Shown here one piece after another: positions 1 to 9,485 of a stretch of DNA of 64,000 nt (the stretch's first letter is position 1; every line of letters begins with the position of its first letter). Location of the stretch: positions 8,923 to 72,922 of the forward strand of contig JAZKFV010000021.1 in NCBI GenBank assembly GCA_040386195.1, given 5' to 3'. The notes beneath the pieces are model-generated. The model worked only from the letters and a program-made list of their open reading frames with translations. It ran no database searches and was not told where the DNA came from. Both the position numbers and the translations under genes were made by a program. The DNA is from Pseudomonadota bacterium (GTDB taxonomy: Bacteria > Pseudomonadota > Alphaproteobacteria > Rickettsiales > UBA1997).

Positions 1-1521
1 TTTTTAAAATTTGGTAGCGCAGGTAATGGAATATTAGCTTTGAACTCATTTGCAAATTCTGAACAATCCCCAATCGACATCTCCAAACAATTCTTTATCA
101 CCAACGAAGACCAACAGCTAATTCTTAACCCTAATTCTTTACTCCCCAATCCCAATTCTAAATTAAAAAATTTATCTGCCTCATATGGTTCAATAATTTT
201 TGACGAAGAAAGCAACCGCTTTTTATATCAAGGTTTAGCAAATTTTCATGGTATTGATGAAATTACTCTAATTGAAGAAGACGAAACCCAAAGAAAATTC
301 ACCATTTTTGTCAATGGCGTTAATGATGCGCCAATTGGTGATGTTGCTAATATGGAAGTTAAGGTTGAAGAAGAGTTTAGTATTAATTTAAAAGATTATT
401 TTAGCGATGTTGATGGTGATGACATTACCTTGTTATTAAAACTAAAAAATTCTGACCACCTGCCTGATTGGATTAATTTTAATGAAGCAACCGGAGTTCT
501 ATCTGGCAAGTCGGGCAGAGATGGCAGGCTAAATTTTACCATCACCGCCACTGATCCAAGCGGGGCTATAATCAGTGATGATTTTACCATCAAAATCACC
601 AGAGATATTGCTGAAGATATAATTCCGGATGCGCCAATTATGCAAATTATAGGAACTAACGGAGATGATATTTTGACCGCCACCGAAAATTCAGCTGATA
701 TAATTATGGCCGGCGATGGTGATGACATTATTGAATATGGCAAAGATGGTGATTGGCTAGAAGTTGATAATTTTATTTATAGCGCATGGAATATTTATTC
801 TGGTGATCAAATTATTGTCACCGGCAAACAAAGATCCTATGACGCTTTTGACGGCGGCAACGGCTATGACAAAATCAATCTAACCTCAGGAAATGATGTG
901 ATGTTTTTAGATGATGCAATTGTCAGCAATATTGGCGAAATTGCCAAATTATCCTCAATTGAAGAAATTAACGCCGGCGATGGCGATGATGTCATTGACC
1001 TAACTTCATTAAATTTCAGCTATGAAGATGTAATTATTAATGGTGGCAATGGCGATGATGTTTTGTGGGGTAATGACGGCGACGATATTTTAAACGGTGA
1101 AGAAGGTAATGACAATCTGCAAGGTGGCAAGGGCAATGATATTATTGACGGTGGCAATGGTGATGACATTATCAAAGGCTATGACGGCAATGATTCAATC
1201 ACTGGCGGCAATGGTTTTGATATGATTAGCGGCGGCGCGGGGAATGATATTTTTATTTTCACCAACAAAACAGATTCTGCCCAAACCATTTCTGAGCAAG
1301 AGGCGGATATGATTTTAGATTTTATTCAAGGCGAAGATAAAATTGATTTATCCACACTTGGCTTTCAATCAATCACCTTTGGACAAAACAGCAATATTTC
1401 CGCCGATGGTCTGGAATATTATTATCAAAATGGTGACACCATTATTGATGATCCAAATTCTAACTTTGGGTTCAGAATGGCGGGAGAAATTAACCTGAAT
1501 CACAATGATTTTAATTTTTAA
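1..1521 (+). CDS. RTX-type Ca-binding surface protein/adhesin with cadherin-like and Ig-like domains (5'-partial)
   Basis: Frame is open from base 1 (FLKFGSAGNGILAL...). Motifs VNDAP, FSDVDGD-LPDWINFN-TATD, many GGxGxDxLx nonapeptides, and a serralysin-like C-terminus (DFIQGEDKIDLS). Confidence 0.85.
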   Translation, partial: FLKFGSAGNGILALNSFANSEQSPIDISKQFFITNEDQQLILNPNSLLPNPNSKLKNLSASYGSIIFDEESNRFLYQGLANFHGIDEITLIEEDETQRKFTIFVNGVNDAPIGDVANMEVKVEEEFSINLKDYFSDVDGDDITLLLKLKNSDHLPDWINFNEATGVLSGKSGRDGRLNFTITATDPSGAIISDDFTIKITRDIAEDIIPDAPIMQIIGTNGDDILTATENSADIIMAGDGDDIIEYGKDGDWLEVDNFIYSAWNIYSGDQIIVTGKQRSYDAFDGGNGYDKINLTSGNDVMFLDDAIVSNIGEIAKLSSIEEINAGDGDDVIDLTSLNFSYEDVIINGGNGDDVLWGNDGDDILNGEEGNDNLQGGKGNDIIDGGNGDDIIKGYDGNDSITGGNGFDMISGGAGNDIFIFTNKTDSAQTISEQEADMILDFIQGEDKIDLSTLGFQSITFGQNSNISADGLEYYYQNGDTIIDDPNSNFGFRMAGEINLNHNDFNF

Positions 1522-1531
1522 AACCCAATTT

Positions 1532-2155
1532 ATGAAAATAAAAAACCCGTTAATTCTATTAATTTTCTGTTTAATATTTCCAAATCTGGCTAATGCCGCT
1601 TTAAATGGTGGAAGCCCTCCGGATAGCGGAGGTTCTGGATCTTCGCTCAACTCTGATAAAAACAAAAATTTTTCAGAAAGTAGTTTTGGCGCTGGTTTAG
1701 CGCTGGGAGTTAGGTTTAATTTAGCTGACGATATTTTTTTTGATTCGCAAGAGGTGGAATTTGGCAACAAAGCAAATAAGCCTTCCTCAAAAAAATCGGA
1801 TCACATTTTCACTGAGATTGGTGTGTTTGGTAATCAATTTTTATCAGGAGAAATTAAACAGAATTTTGGTGGTAAAATAAATCTTGGTTACGAAACTCAC
1901 GGATTTAGAATTTATGGTTCTGGCGGATATGTTGCCTCAACTTTTGATTATCAGGAACAAGGTCAGAAAAAAGAATCATTAATAAAATCCGCACCATTTT
2001 TTGGTGGTGGAATTGGCTATGATATTACTAAAAATATTAGCCTGAGATTGGATGGAATGTTTTATGAATTTGATTTTAAACCCAAAAATTCTGGTTTTAA
2101 TGGTGTTAATGTTAGCGTTGCGGCAGGAGCTTTTGGAGTTGGGGTTTATTTTTAA
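1532..2155 (+). CDS. Outer membrane beta-barrel protein (OmpA-like transmembrane family)
   Basis: Signal peptide ending ANA, alternating beta-strands (GGGIGYDITKNISLRLDG), terminal GVYF. ATG 1532 is preferred over 1505, which overlaps the upstream gene. Confidence 0.7.
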   Translation: MKIKNPLILLIFCLIFPNLANAALNGGSPPDSGGSGSSLNSDKNKNFSESSFGAGLALGVRFNLADDIFFDSQEVEFGNKANKPSSKKSDHIFTEIGVFGNQFLSGEIKQNFGGKINLGYETHGFRIYGSGGYVASTFDYQEQGQKKESLIKSAPFFGGGIGYDITKNISLRLDGMFYEFDFKPKNSGFNGVNVSVAAGAFGVGVYF

Positions 2156-2305
2156 AAACTAAAAACTAAATAGGTTTGAAGACAGGCTCTAGAGATATTA
2201 GCTTTAACCACCAAACAAAAACAAGAAATCATTCTTCATAAGTCTTTATTCTTAATGGTTCCAAGATTACTTACTTGCACCAAAGGCTTTTGGGGAGGAG
2301 TAAAA

Positions 2306-4711
2306 TTAATAAATCCCCATTGTCTCAGTATTATTTTCTTCATCTCCATCTTGCTGGGGGGCGATATTTGAATCTTCTTCAATCACATCATTCAATTTAA
2401 AGGCTTCAAAAATAATATTTGCTTTTGGAGTTTCTGGAGTTGGTAGCGCGCCAGTTGTGCGGTCAATTTTTACTAACTTAACATCGTTTGGAACTCTAAA
2501 AGGAGTTGATGGAACATTTTTTAAAGCTTGTTTCATAAAGTCGATAAAAATTGGCAAAGCAACTGAAGCACCAGTTTCGCCAGATCCTAATGTTTTTGGC
2601 GTATCAAAACCAACATAAACACCAGCAACCAAATCCGGAGAAAAGCCAACGAACCAAGAATCAATTGAGTTGTTGGTTGTGCCGGTTTTGCCGCCGATAA
2701 TTTTGCCAATTGATTTTGCTCGCGCTGAAGTTCCTCTTTGCACCACGCCCTCTAACATTGAGGTGATTTGATAGGCTGTGACCGGATCAATAATTCTTGG
2801 TCTGTCGTCAGATAAAGATGGAATAATTATGCCGCTGCCGCTGCCAAGCAAGCAATCCTCACAATTTCTTTGATCTCTTTTATAGATAGTTTTGCCATCA
2901 CGATCTTGAATTTTTTCAATAATCGCCGGACTAACTTTTTTGCCACCATTCACAATAATTGAATAGGCGGTGACAATATTAGTAAGATTACTTTCAATTG
3001 ATCCTAATACGCTAGAATAAATTGCTGGCGGATGAGCGTTGATTCCAAATCTGGAGATAACTTCGGAAATTTTTTCTAAACCAACCTGATCAGCCATTTT
3101 AACGGTTGTAACGTTAATTGAATTTTCTAATCCAGTTCTAAGAGTGATCGGGCCATAATATTCACCGGAATAATTAGTTGGTTGATATGGTGGCAAACCG
3201 CCGCCTTGATTAAGAGTGATTGGCTCATCAACAATTATTGATGCTGGAGTTAAGCCATTTTCAAGAGCGGTGATATAACCAAAAGTTTTCATCACCGATC
3301 CTGGTTGTCTTTGGGCTTGAGTGGCACGGTTAAATTGATTCACCGCGTCAATATAACCACCCATCATTGCCAGAACCCTGCCGCTATGAGGATCCATCGC
3401 TAAAAAAGCGCCATTAACATTAGGAATTTGACGCAAATAATATTTGCCAGCTTTACCTTGAACTTCCTCAACCATAATCACATCACCAACATTAAGAACA
3501 TCGCTCGCTTTTTTGATTACCGGACCAAGGCTGCTAGTTCCTAAATGTTTTCTTGCCCATTTCATCTCACTTAAATCAATAACTCCCAAATCTCCACCAG
3601 CAATACCAATATTGGCGTTATTATTATTTACGCTCAAAACTACCGCCTTATCCCAACTATCTTTATGAAGCTCTTTTATTTGAAAAGCGCTCAACTTTTC
3701 TATCCAATCAAGGTTAGAAATATTGCTGATTTTTCCAAGCGCGCCGCGATAACCGTGTTTGATATCGTAATTTTCAATGCCGGCTTGTAAAGCAACAGCG
3801 GCATATTTTTGTAGTTCAGGCTGTAAAGTGGTGCGCACCACAATGCCACTTTCAAAAACATTTGTTGAACCGTAAAGATTGGTTAATTCTTTTTTAACTG
3901 CATCAGAAAAAAACTCGGCTTTAAAAACCTCATCATCACCTTGTTCTTTTAGAATAATTGGTTTTGCCATTGCCGCTTCGCCCTCTTCTTTGGTAATGAA
4001 ATGTTCTTCAACCATTCTGCCAATTACCCAATTTCTTCTTATCTTAGCTTTTTCAATGTTTTTGCGCGGATCTAATTTGGATGGAGCTTTAGGCAAGGTT
4101 GCTAAAAGCGCCATTTCTTCAATAGAAAGATCATCAATTGATTTATCAAAATAAGCCTGCGATGCAGCAGCAACGCCATATGATCCTGATCCTAAATAAA
4201 TTTGATTTAAATAAAGTTCTAAAATCTCGTCTTTAGAAAAAGTTGCGGTCATTCGAAAAGCTAAAATTGCCTCTTTGATTTTTCTTTGCAAAGTTTTTTC
4301 ATTGGAAAGTAAAAAGTTTTTAACCACCTGTTGAGTAATGGTAGAAGCGCCTCCAGAAATTTGGTCGCCACTAACAACTGAAAAAACATTTTTGATTGCC
4401 GCACGAACAATTGCCAAAGGATCAATGCCGGAATGTTTATAAAAATTGCTATCTTCCGCTGCTAAAAATGCGTCAATTAAATGTTGAGGAATTGTTCCGA
4501 TTGGAACAAAAATACGTTTTTCTTTGGAATATTCAGTGAGTAATTTGCCGTCGGCAGTATAAAGACGAGTGGTGATTAATGGGCTATAAGATTTTAATTG
4601 TTCGTAATCCGGAAGGTTGCTGCTGTATTTTTTGACCATATAAAATCCGGCGCTGATGCCGAATAACAACAAAGCAATTAAGCTTACCGCAATAATGTTT
4701 ATGGTTTTCAT
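2306..4711 (-). CDS. mrcA: Penicillin-binding protein 1A
   Basis: Transglycosylase motifs EDSNF and GASTITQQVVKN; transpeptidase motifs SVMK, SIN, KTGT; N-terminal TM. Confidence 0.95.
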   Translation of the reverse strand: MKTINIIAVSLIALLLFGISAGFYMVKKYSSNLPDYEQLKSYSPLITTRLYTADGKLLTEYSKEKRIFVPIGTIPQHLIDAFLAAEDSNFYKHSGIDPLAIVRAAIKNVFSVVSGDQISGGASTITQQVVKNFLLSNEKTLQRKIKEAILAFRMTATFSKDEILELYLNQIYLGSGSYGVAAASQAYFDKSIDDLSIEEMALLATLPKAPSKLDPRKNIEKAKIRRNWVIGRMVEEHFITKEEGEAAMAKPIILKEQGDDEVFKAEFFSDAVKKELTNLYGSTNVFESGIVVRTTLQPELQKYAAVALQAGIENYDIKHGYRGALGKISNISNLDWIEKLSAFQIKELHKDSWDKAVVLSVNNNNANIGIAGGDLGVIDLSEMKWARKHLGTSSLGPVIKKASDVLNVGDVIMVEEVQGKAGKYYLRQIPNVNGAFLAMDPHSGRVLAMMGGYIDAVNQFNRATQAQRQPGSVMKTFGYITALENGLTPASIIVDEPITLNQGGGLPPYQPTNYSGEYYGPITLRTGLENSINVTTVKMADQVGLEKISEVISRFGINAHPPAIYSSVLGSIESNLTNIVTAYSIIVNGGKKVSPAIIEKIQDRDGKTIYKRDQRNCEDCLLGSGSGIIIPSLSDDRPRIIDPVTAYQITSMLEGVVQRGTSARAKSIGKIIGGKTGTTNNSIDSWFVGFSPDLVAGVYVGFDTPKTLGSGETGASVALPIFIDFMKQALKNVPSTPFRVPNDVKLVKIDRTTGALPTPETPKANIIFEAFKLNDVIEEDSNIAPQQDGDEENNTETMGIY

Positions 4712-4780
4712 AAATTATGATTTTAAAACAGGCGAAGGAAATTAAGGGCGAAAGAATAATTATTTAGGAATAAAGATGCA

Positions 4781-4939
4781 CTAAGTAATTTTATCGTTTT
4801 TTTCATCATTAAATAAAATGCGATTTGCCGCACCTTCTAAATCTTCAAATTGTTTATTTTTTAACGACCATAAAAACGCAAGCAATCCAACGGCACCGAG
4901 CAATAAAGCGATTGGAATCAAATATATCAAGACTGTCAT
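4781..4939 (-). CDS. ccoS: cbb3-type cytochrome oxidase maturation protein CcoS/FixS (52 aa, absent from the ORF track)
   Basis: Manual translation MTVLIYLIPIALLLGAVGLLAFLWSLKNKQFEDLEGAANRILFNDEKNDKIT matches the FixS pattern LIP..L....F.WS...QF.D..G.A.RIL. Confidence 0.9.
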   Translation of the reverse strand: MTVLIYLIPIALLLGAVGLLAFLWSLKNKQFEDLEGAANRILFNDEKNDKIT

Positions 4940-5012
4940 TTATTTTAAGATTTAAACATTTTAGAATAAGCCCAATTTAATCAAGAACTGATATTATGAC
5001 ACTAAAATCCAA

Positions 5013-5144
5013 ATGGTATATTTTTCATTTAATCGTCAAATCAGCGGATTGTCACTTTTATTAGAAATTATTGATGTAGTTGCAATTCTTAATGCTCTTA
5101 GGTTAATCTGGAAAAAAGATTTTAACTCGGATATTAAAGACTAA
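5013..5144 (+). pseudogene. Possible remnant of a P1B-type heavy-metal ATPase C-terminus (43 aa)
   Basis: Manual translation MVYFSFNRQISGLSLLLEIIDVVAILNALRLIWKKDFNSDIKD; ExxDVxxILNALRL resembles the last TM helix of P1B ATPases. Confidence 0.45.
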
Positions 5145-5165
5145 ATTTTTCATAAGCTTTCAAAA

Positions 5166-5603
5166 ATGTATAAAATATTTCATAACAACATCAAACATTT
5201 TTCATTAATCATCGGCTATTTAAATCTGCTGCGCTCCTTTTATTACAGCTCTGCTGAAGGTAATACTGAAGATAAAAGTTATATTATTGCCGATAAAATG
5301 ATTGAGCGATTCAAGAATTTTTGTAAAAAAACCATTAAAGAAATTGAGAAACTTATTGAAGATCCATCTTTAACAACAAGTCTTAATACTAAAGATTTAA
5401 AGGAAATAGTGAAATTGATGAACTCTCTTGCCAAGCCGGCTAGTCAGGGTTTGATTCAAGAAATTGGAGATTCAATTTTACAAATAGAAAAATTTATTGA
5501 TTTTTTGCTTAATGATTTTCCTGAAAAAACTATTAATCAAGTCGATTTAAGAGCGATAAAAACTACAGTTAAAGTTTTTAAATATCAGATTTATTTGTGC
5601 TAA
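5166..5603 (+). CDS. Hypothetical helical protein
   Basis: 145-aa ORF filling an intergenic gap; no recognised motif. Confidence 0.5.
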   Translation: MYKIFHNNIKHFSLIIGYLNLLRSFYYSSAEGNTEDKSYIIADKMIERFKNFCKKTIKEIEKLIEDPSLTTSLNTKDLKEIVKLMNSLAKPASQGLIQEIGDSILQIEKFIDFLLNDFPEKTINQVDLRAIKTTVKVFKYQIYLC

Positions 5604-5699
5604 GTTTTCTAAAAATTTAGCTGTTCTAAAAAATTACTTGAGAGATTAGTTTTTATAAATTAATCTGCGCGGCTCTTAACAATCTTCAATTCAAAATCA

Positions 5700-6044
5700 A
5701 TGGAAAGTTTACAAGTCTTTTTGCTAATAATGCAGGTTGTAATTGCTGTAGTAATGATCTTTTTAGTTCTTATTCAAAAATCTGATGGCGATTCTCTAAG
5801 CGGAATTGGCGGCGGTTCTGGTGGTTTGAATTCTGTTATGTCTTCCAAATCTTCAGCCAATTTTTTAACCAAAGCAACAATGACTTTAGTAGCATTTTTT
5901 ATGCTCAATTGTTTAGTTTTGGCATTAATTTCTTCCAAAATTAACAAATCAAACACGTTGGAAATTGATAAAATTCTTGAACAGCAAAAAACTCAAGAAC
6001 CAGCTCCAGCAGCAAATTCCGATTCAACTTCTCCAACTAAATAA
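5700..6044 (+). CDS. secG: Preprotein translocase subunit SecG
   Basis: LVLIQKSDG..L.G.GGG and ANFLTKAT flanked by two TMs. Confidence 0.93.
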   Translation: MESLQVFLLIMQVVIAVVMIFLVLIQKSDGDSLSGIGGGSGGLNSVMSSKSSANFLTKATMTLVAFFMLNCLVLALISSKINKSNTLEIDKILEQQKTQEPAPAANSDSTSPTK

Positions 6045-6052
6045 ATTTTAAA

Positions 6053-7153
6053 ATGAAAATCACAGCTTTAAACCAAACTCACCGCAATCAAGGCGCAAAA
6101 ATGGTTGAGTTTGCTGGTTATGATATGCCGGTTCAATATTCAGAAGGAATGCTCAAAGAACATGAATGGGTAAGAAGCGGTGCTGTTGGTTTGTTTGATG
6201 TTTCTCATATGGGGCAAGTTATTTTAGAAGGTCAAAATGTTGCTGAATTTTTATCGCACATCACCCCAACTTCCTTTGTTAATATTCCTAATTTTCTAGC
6301 CAAATACACAGTTCTAACCAATGAAAACGGTGGGATTATTGATGATCTAATCATCACTCGTTTGACTGAAAACAAATTCTTCGTGGTTATTAACGCTGGT
6401 TGCAAGGAAAAAGATATTGCTTGGATTAAACAAAATCTTCCTGCCAATATCAGATTTACTGAACTTGCCGAACGATCTTTAATTGCGGTTCAAGGCGCTC
6501 AAGCAGAAACAATTTTGCAAACTCTTATTGCCGATAAAAATCTAGCTGATTTACCTTATATGAATATGGGCGAATTCAAATTAAAAACTGGTGAAGAAGT
6601 TTATATCAGCAGAACTGGTTACACTGGCGAAGATGGTTTTGAAGTTAGTATTGAAAATGAAAAAGCTGCTTCTTTTTGGTTAAAACTTTGTGAAAACAAT
6701 TCAGTAAAACCAATCGGTCTTGGCGCTCGCGATTCACTTCGCTTAGAAATGGGCTATCCATTATATGGTCACGATTTGGATGAAGAAACTTCTCCAGTTG
6801 AAGCTGCACTTTCTTGGGTTATTACCAAAGAACACAGCGGTTTCATTGGCTCTGCAAGAGTTTTGAATGAAAAAGCTAACGGCATTAAAAGAAAAAGAAT
6901 GGGCGTTAAACTGCTTGATCGTGGCATTGCTAGAGAAAATAGTGAAATCAGAAAAGATGGCAAAAAAATTGGCGTTTTAACTAGCGGCGGTTTTTCACCA
7001 AATTTAAAAGTTTCTATCGGGCAGGGTTACATTGACTCTAACTTTGCTAAAGCTGACGAATTAGTTACAGTTGTTGTTAGAGACCGAGAAATTCCAGCCA
7101 TTGTTTGTTCACCAGTTTTTGTTGCTGCAAAAACTAAATCTGTTAAAAAATAA
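6053..7153 (+). CDS. gcvT: Glycine cleavage system aminomethyltransferase T
   Basis: FAGYDMPVQY, GLFDVSHMG, SRTGYTGEDGFE, GLGARDSLRLE. Confidence 0.97.
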   Translation: MKITALNQTHRNQGAKMVEFAGYDMPVQYSEGMLKEHEWVRSGAVGLFDVSHMGQVILEGQNVAEFLSHITPTSFVNIPNFLAKYTVLTNENGGIIDDLIITRLTENKFFVVINAGCKEKDIAWIKQNLPANIRFTELAERSLIAVQGAQAETILQTLIADKNLADLPYMNMGEFKLKTGEEVYISRTGYTGEDGFEVSIENEKAASFWLKLCENNSVKPIGLGARDSLRLEMGYPLYGHDLDEETSPVEAALSWVITKEHSGFIGSARVLNEKANGIKRKRMGVKLLDRGIARENSEIRKDGKKIGVLTSGGFSPNLKVSIGQGYIDSNFAKADELVTVVVRDREIPAIVCSPVFVAAKTKSVKK

Positions 7154-7177
7154 TTACTAACCTTAATCAATTAAATT

Positions 7178-7552
7178 ATGACTATGAAATATACTAAAGA
7201 TCACGAATGGATAAAAGTTGAAGGCGATATCGCCACAATGGGAATCACTCAGCACGCCGCAGATGCGCTCGGTGAGTTAGTTTATGTTGAATTGCCAAAA
7301 GTTGGTAACAAATATAACAAGGGTGATGCTGCTGTGGTGGTTGAATCTTCTAAATCAGCTAGTGATGTCTACACTCCAGTTTCTGGTGAAATTGTGGCTA
7401 TTAATGATTCTCTAGTTTCAACTCCTGAAAATGTTAATAACGATACTTACGGAAATGGTTGGTTAGTTAAAATCAAAATTTCTAATCCTGCGGATCTTGA
7501 TGACGCAATGGATGAAGGCGATTATCAAAAATTCTTATCAGAAAATAATTAG
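7178..7552 (+). CDS. gcvH: Glycine cleavage system H protein
   Basis: YTKDHEW, lipoyl motif VESSKSASDVY, YGNGWL. Confidence 0.97.
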   Translation: MTMKYTKDHEWIKVEGDIATMGITQHAADALGELVYVELPKVGNKYNKGDAAVVVESSKSASDVYTPVSGEIVAINDSLVSTPENVNNDTYGNGWLVKIKISNPADLDDAMDEGDYQKFLSENN

Positions 7553-7562
7553 CAACCAAAAG

Positions 7563-7621
7563 TGTCGTCCTGAGTGCATTGAAGGATCTCACCGGATACT
7601 TCTTTTGCGCTCAATATGGCA
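7563..7621. repeat. Degenerate copy of the TGTCATCCTGAG...GAAGGATCTC palindromic repeat
   Basis: TGTCGTCCTGAGTGCATTGAAGGATCTC...GCGCTCAATATGGCA aligns with the intact copies at 32498 and 35523. Confidence 0.7.
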
Positions 7622-7630
7622 ATTTAACTT

Positions 7631-8449
7631 ATGACTAAAAATATTTTTCAAATCCTCGCAAAAATCTTTGTCTTCCTTACAATCAGCTCATCTGCCTTCG
7701 CCAAAGAATGTAATCTAAATTATTCAGCTTTGGTTTTTAATCCAAAAAATGGTGATGTGTTTTTTGAAAAACAATCCGATCAAATAATTTATCCCGCCTC
7801 CTTAACTAAATTAATGACGATTTATCTAACCTTCGAAGCGATTAAAGAAAAGAAAATCAACTTACAAGATGAGTTATATGTTTCTAGTCGTGCGGCTTCT
7901 ACTTCTAAAATCAACAAAACCAATACACTCAACTTAGAAATTGGTGATAAAATTTCTGTTGAACAGGCAATTACAGGTTCATTAGTCAAATCATTTAATG
8001 AACTTACCGTTCTTTTATCAGAAGCAATCTCTGATAATGAGTGGCAATTTGCCCGTGATATGAATGCTAAAGCTCAGGAGCTGGGAATGTTTAATACTAA
8101 CTTTCGTAATGCCAGCGGACTTCACAACCAAGGTCAATTCACCAGCGATGATGATTTGGCAAAATTGGTTTTAGCAATTAGAAAAAACTTTCCAGAATAT
8201 TATCATTATTTTTCTCTCAAACAATTTACTTACAACCACACAAAATATCCGAGTCATAATAATATTTTGCTAAAATATAAAGGCGCTGACGGTATGAAAA
8301 CTGGCTTTACTAATGCTGCCGGATTCAATCTAATCGCCTCAGCTAAACGTGAAGGACGACAAGTAGTTTCAATTGTCACTGGCTGTGATTCTGTTCAAAA
8401 AAGAGATGATTTAACTAAAAAATTACTAGATAAAGCATTTGCAAATTAA
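7631..8449 (+). CDS. D-alanyl-D-alanine carboxypeptidase (peptidase S11)
   Basis: YPASLTKLMT, SFN, F.NASGL, GMKTGFT; signal peptide. Confidence 0.92.
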   Translation: MTKNIFQILAKIFVFLTISSSAFAKECNLNYSALVFNPKNGDVFFEKQSDQIIYPASLTKLMTIYLTFEAIKEKKINLQDELYVSSRAASTSKINKTNTLNLEIGDKISVEQAITGSLVKSFNELTVLLSEAISDNEWQFARDMNAKAQELGMFNTNFRNASGLHNQGQFTSDDDLAKLVLAIRKNFPEYYHYFSLKQFTYNHTKYPSHNNILLKYKGADGMKTGFTNAAGFNLIASAKREGRQVVSIVTGCDSVQKRDDLTKKLLDKAFAN

Positions 8450-8557
8450 AACAATTTTTCACTTTAAAAATTGTTGTAATAATCAGATATTCACTTTATT
8501 CTCACTGGCGTTTTAAGACCTTTCACAAAAACAATCACAACACAATTTTCGACAGAA

Positions 8558-8962
8558 ATGAATTCAAAAAATCGTCCCTTATCGCCACATATTCAAATCT
8601 ATAAACCGCAAATCAGCTCTTTCACTTCAATTCTTCACCGCGCTACTGGTATATTTTTATATATCGGCGTTGTCGTAATTTGTTGGGCAATTGTTCATTA
8701 TGCTTATCAGGTAGAAATTCTTGTTGATGGCGAAATAGAAGAAAAAGCCTGCGATTGCTGGTTAAAATATTCAGTTTATGCCGCAGTTTTAATGTGGTCA
8801 TTTTCACTATATTATCATATGTGCAACGGCATCAGGCATTTATTCTGGGATATCGGCAAAGGCTTTGATAAAAAAATTGCCACTCGCAACGGAATATTGG
8901 TTTTAATTATTTCCGCGTTAATGACCATCGCCAGCGCTTATTATGTTTTCTTTTTCGTTTAA
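8558..8962 (+). CDS. sdhC: Succinate dehydrogenase cytochrome b556 subunit
   Basis: NRPLSPH, SILHRATG, H...GIRHLFWD. Confidence 0.96.
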   Translation: MNSKNRPLSPHIQIYKPQISSFTSILHRATGIFLYIGVVVICWAIVHYAYQVEILVDGEIEEKACDCWLKYSVYAAVLMWSFSLYYHMCNGIRHLFWDIGKGFDKKIATRNGILVLIISALMTIASAYYVFFFV

Positions 8963-8980
8963 ATTAAATTCATCAACATT

Positions 8981-9334
8981 ATGAAGATTGCTCCTTCTAC
9001 TAAAACCGGCTCTCATTCTTGGTTAATGCAAAGAATTTCTGCTTTAGCGCTAATTCCATTGATTATCTGGCTAGTGCTGTCAGTAATGCAAATCATTGCT
9101 AATCCAGTCAATTTAATGCCAATTTTTTTCGCTTATCCGTTTAACGCTTTTATGGGAATTTTGTTTGTAATTTTTTCCTTATATCACGGCAGCTTAGGAA
9201 TGAAGGAAGTTATCGAAGATTACGTTCCCAGCAAAATCAAAAAGCATTTTTATATTATTCTTATTAACTTTCTTTCAATCCTCACTGCCACTGCAGTAGT
9301 AGTAGCGATTTTAAGATTGCATTTGGTAGGATAA
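8981..9334 (+). CDS. sdhD: Succinate dehydrogenase membrane anchor
   Basis: WLMQRISA, H..LGMKEVIEDYV; position in the sdh operon. Confidence 0.95.
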   Translation: MKIAPSTKTGSHSWLMQRISALALIPLIIWLVLSVMQIIANPVNLMPIFFAYPFNAFMGILFVIFSLYHGSLGMKEVIEDYVPSKIKKHFYIILINFLSILTATAVVVAILRLHLVG

Positions 9335-9445
9335 AAGCGTTAAAAAAACAGCGAACAGCTGTTTTTAGCTTTTATGAGAAAAATCTACGATTTTTCTCGG
9401 GCGCGAGTCGTCTTCGAGCATAAGCGAGAAAAGCGACGAAGCGTT
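9335..9445. repeat. Multi-hairpin intergenic element bracketed by AAGCGTT direct repeats
   Basis: Hairpins AAAAACAGC-GAACA-GCTGTTTTT, GAGAAAAATC-TAC-GATTTTTCTC and TCGTC...GACGA; AAGCGTT at 9335-9341 and 9439-9445. Confidence 0.55.
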
Positions 9446-9485
9446 GATTCACAAAACAAAAACTATTTAAAAATCTAAACTCAAA

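Noticed and set aside
121-162. 7-periodic pyrimidine-rich tract in the RTX gene as an inserted heptamer repeat
   Set aside because: The peptide fits the usual T.ED..L.I....LL.N pattern of these adhesin domains, and the periodicity is weak.
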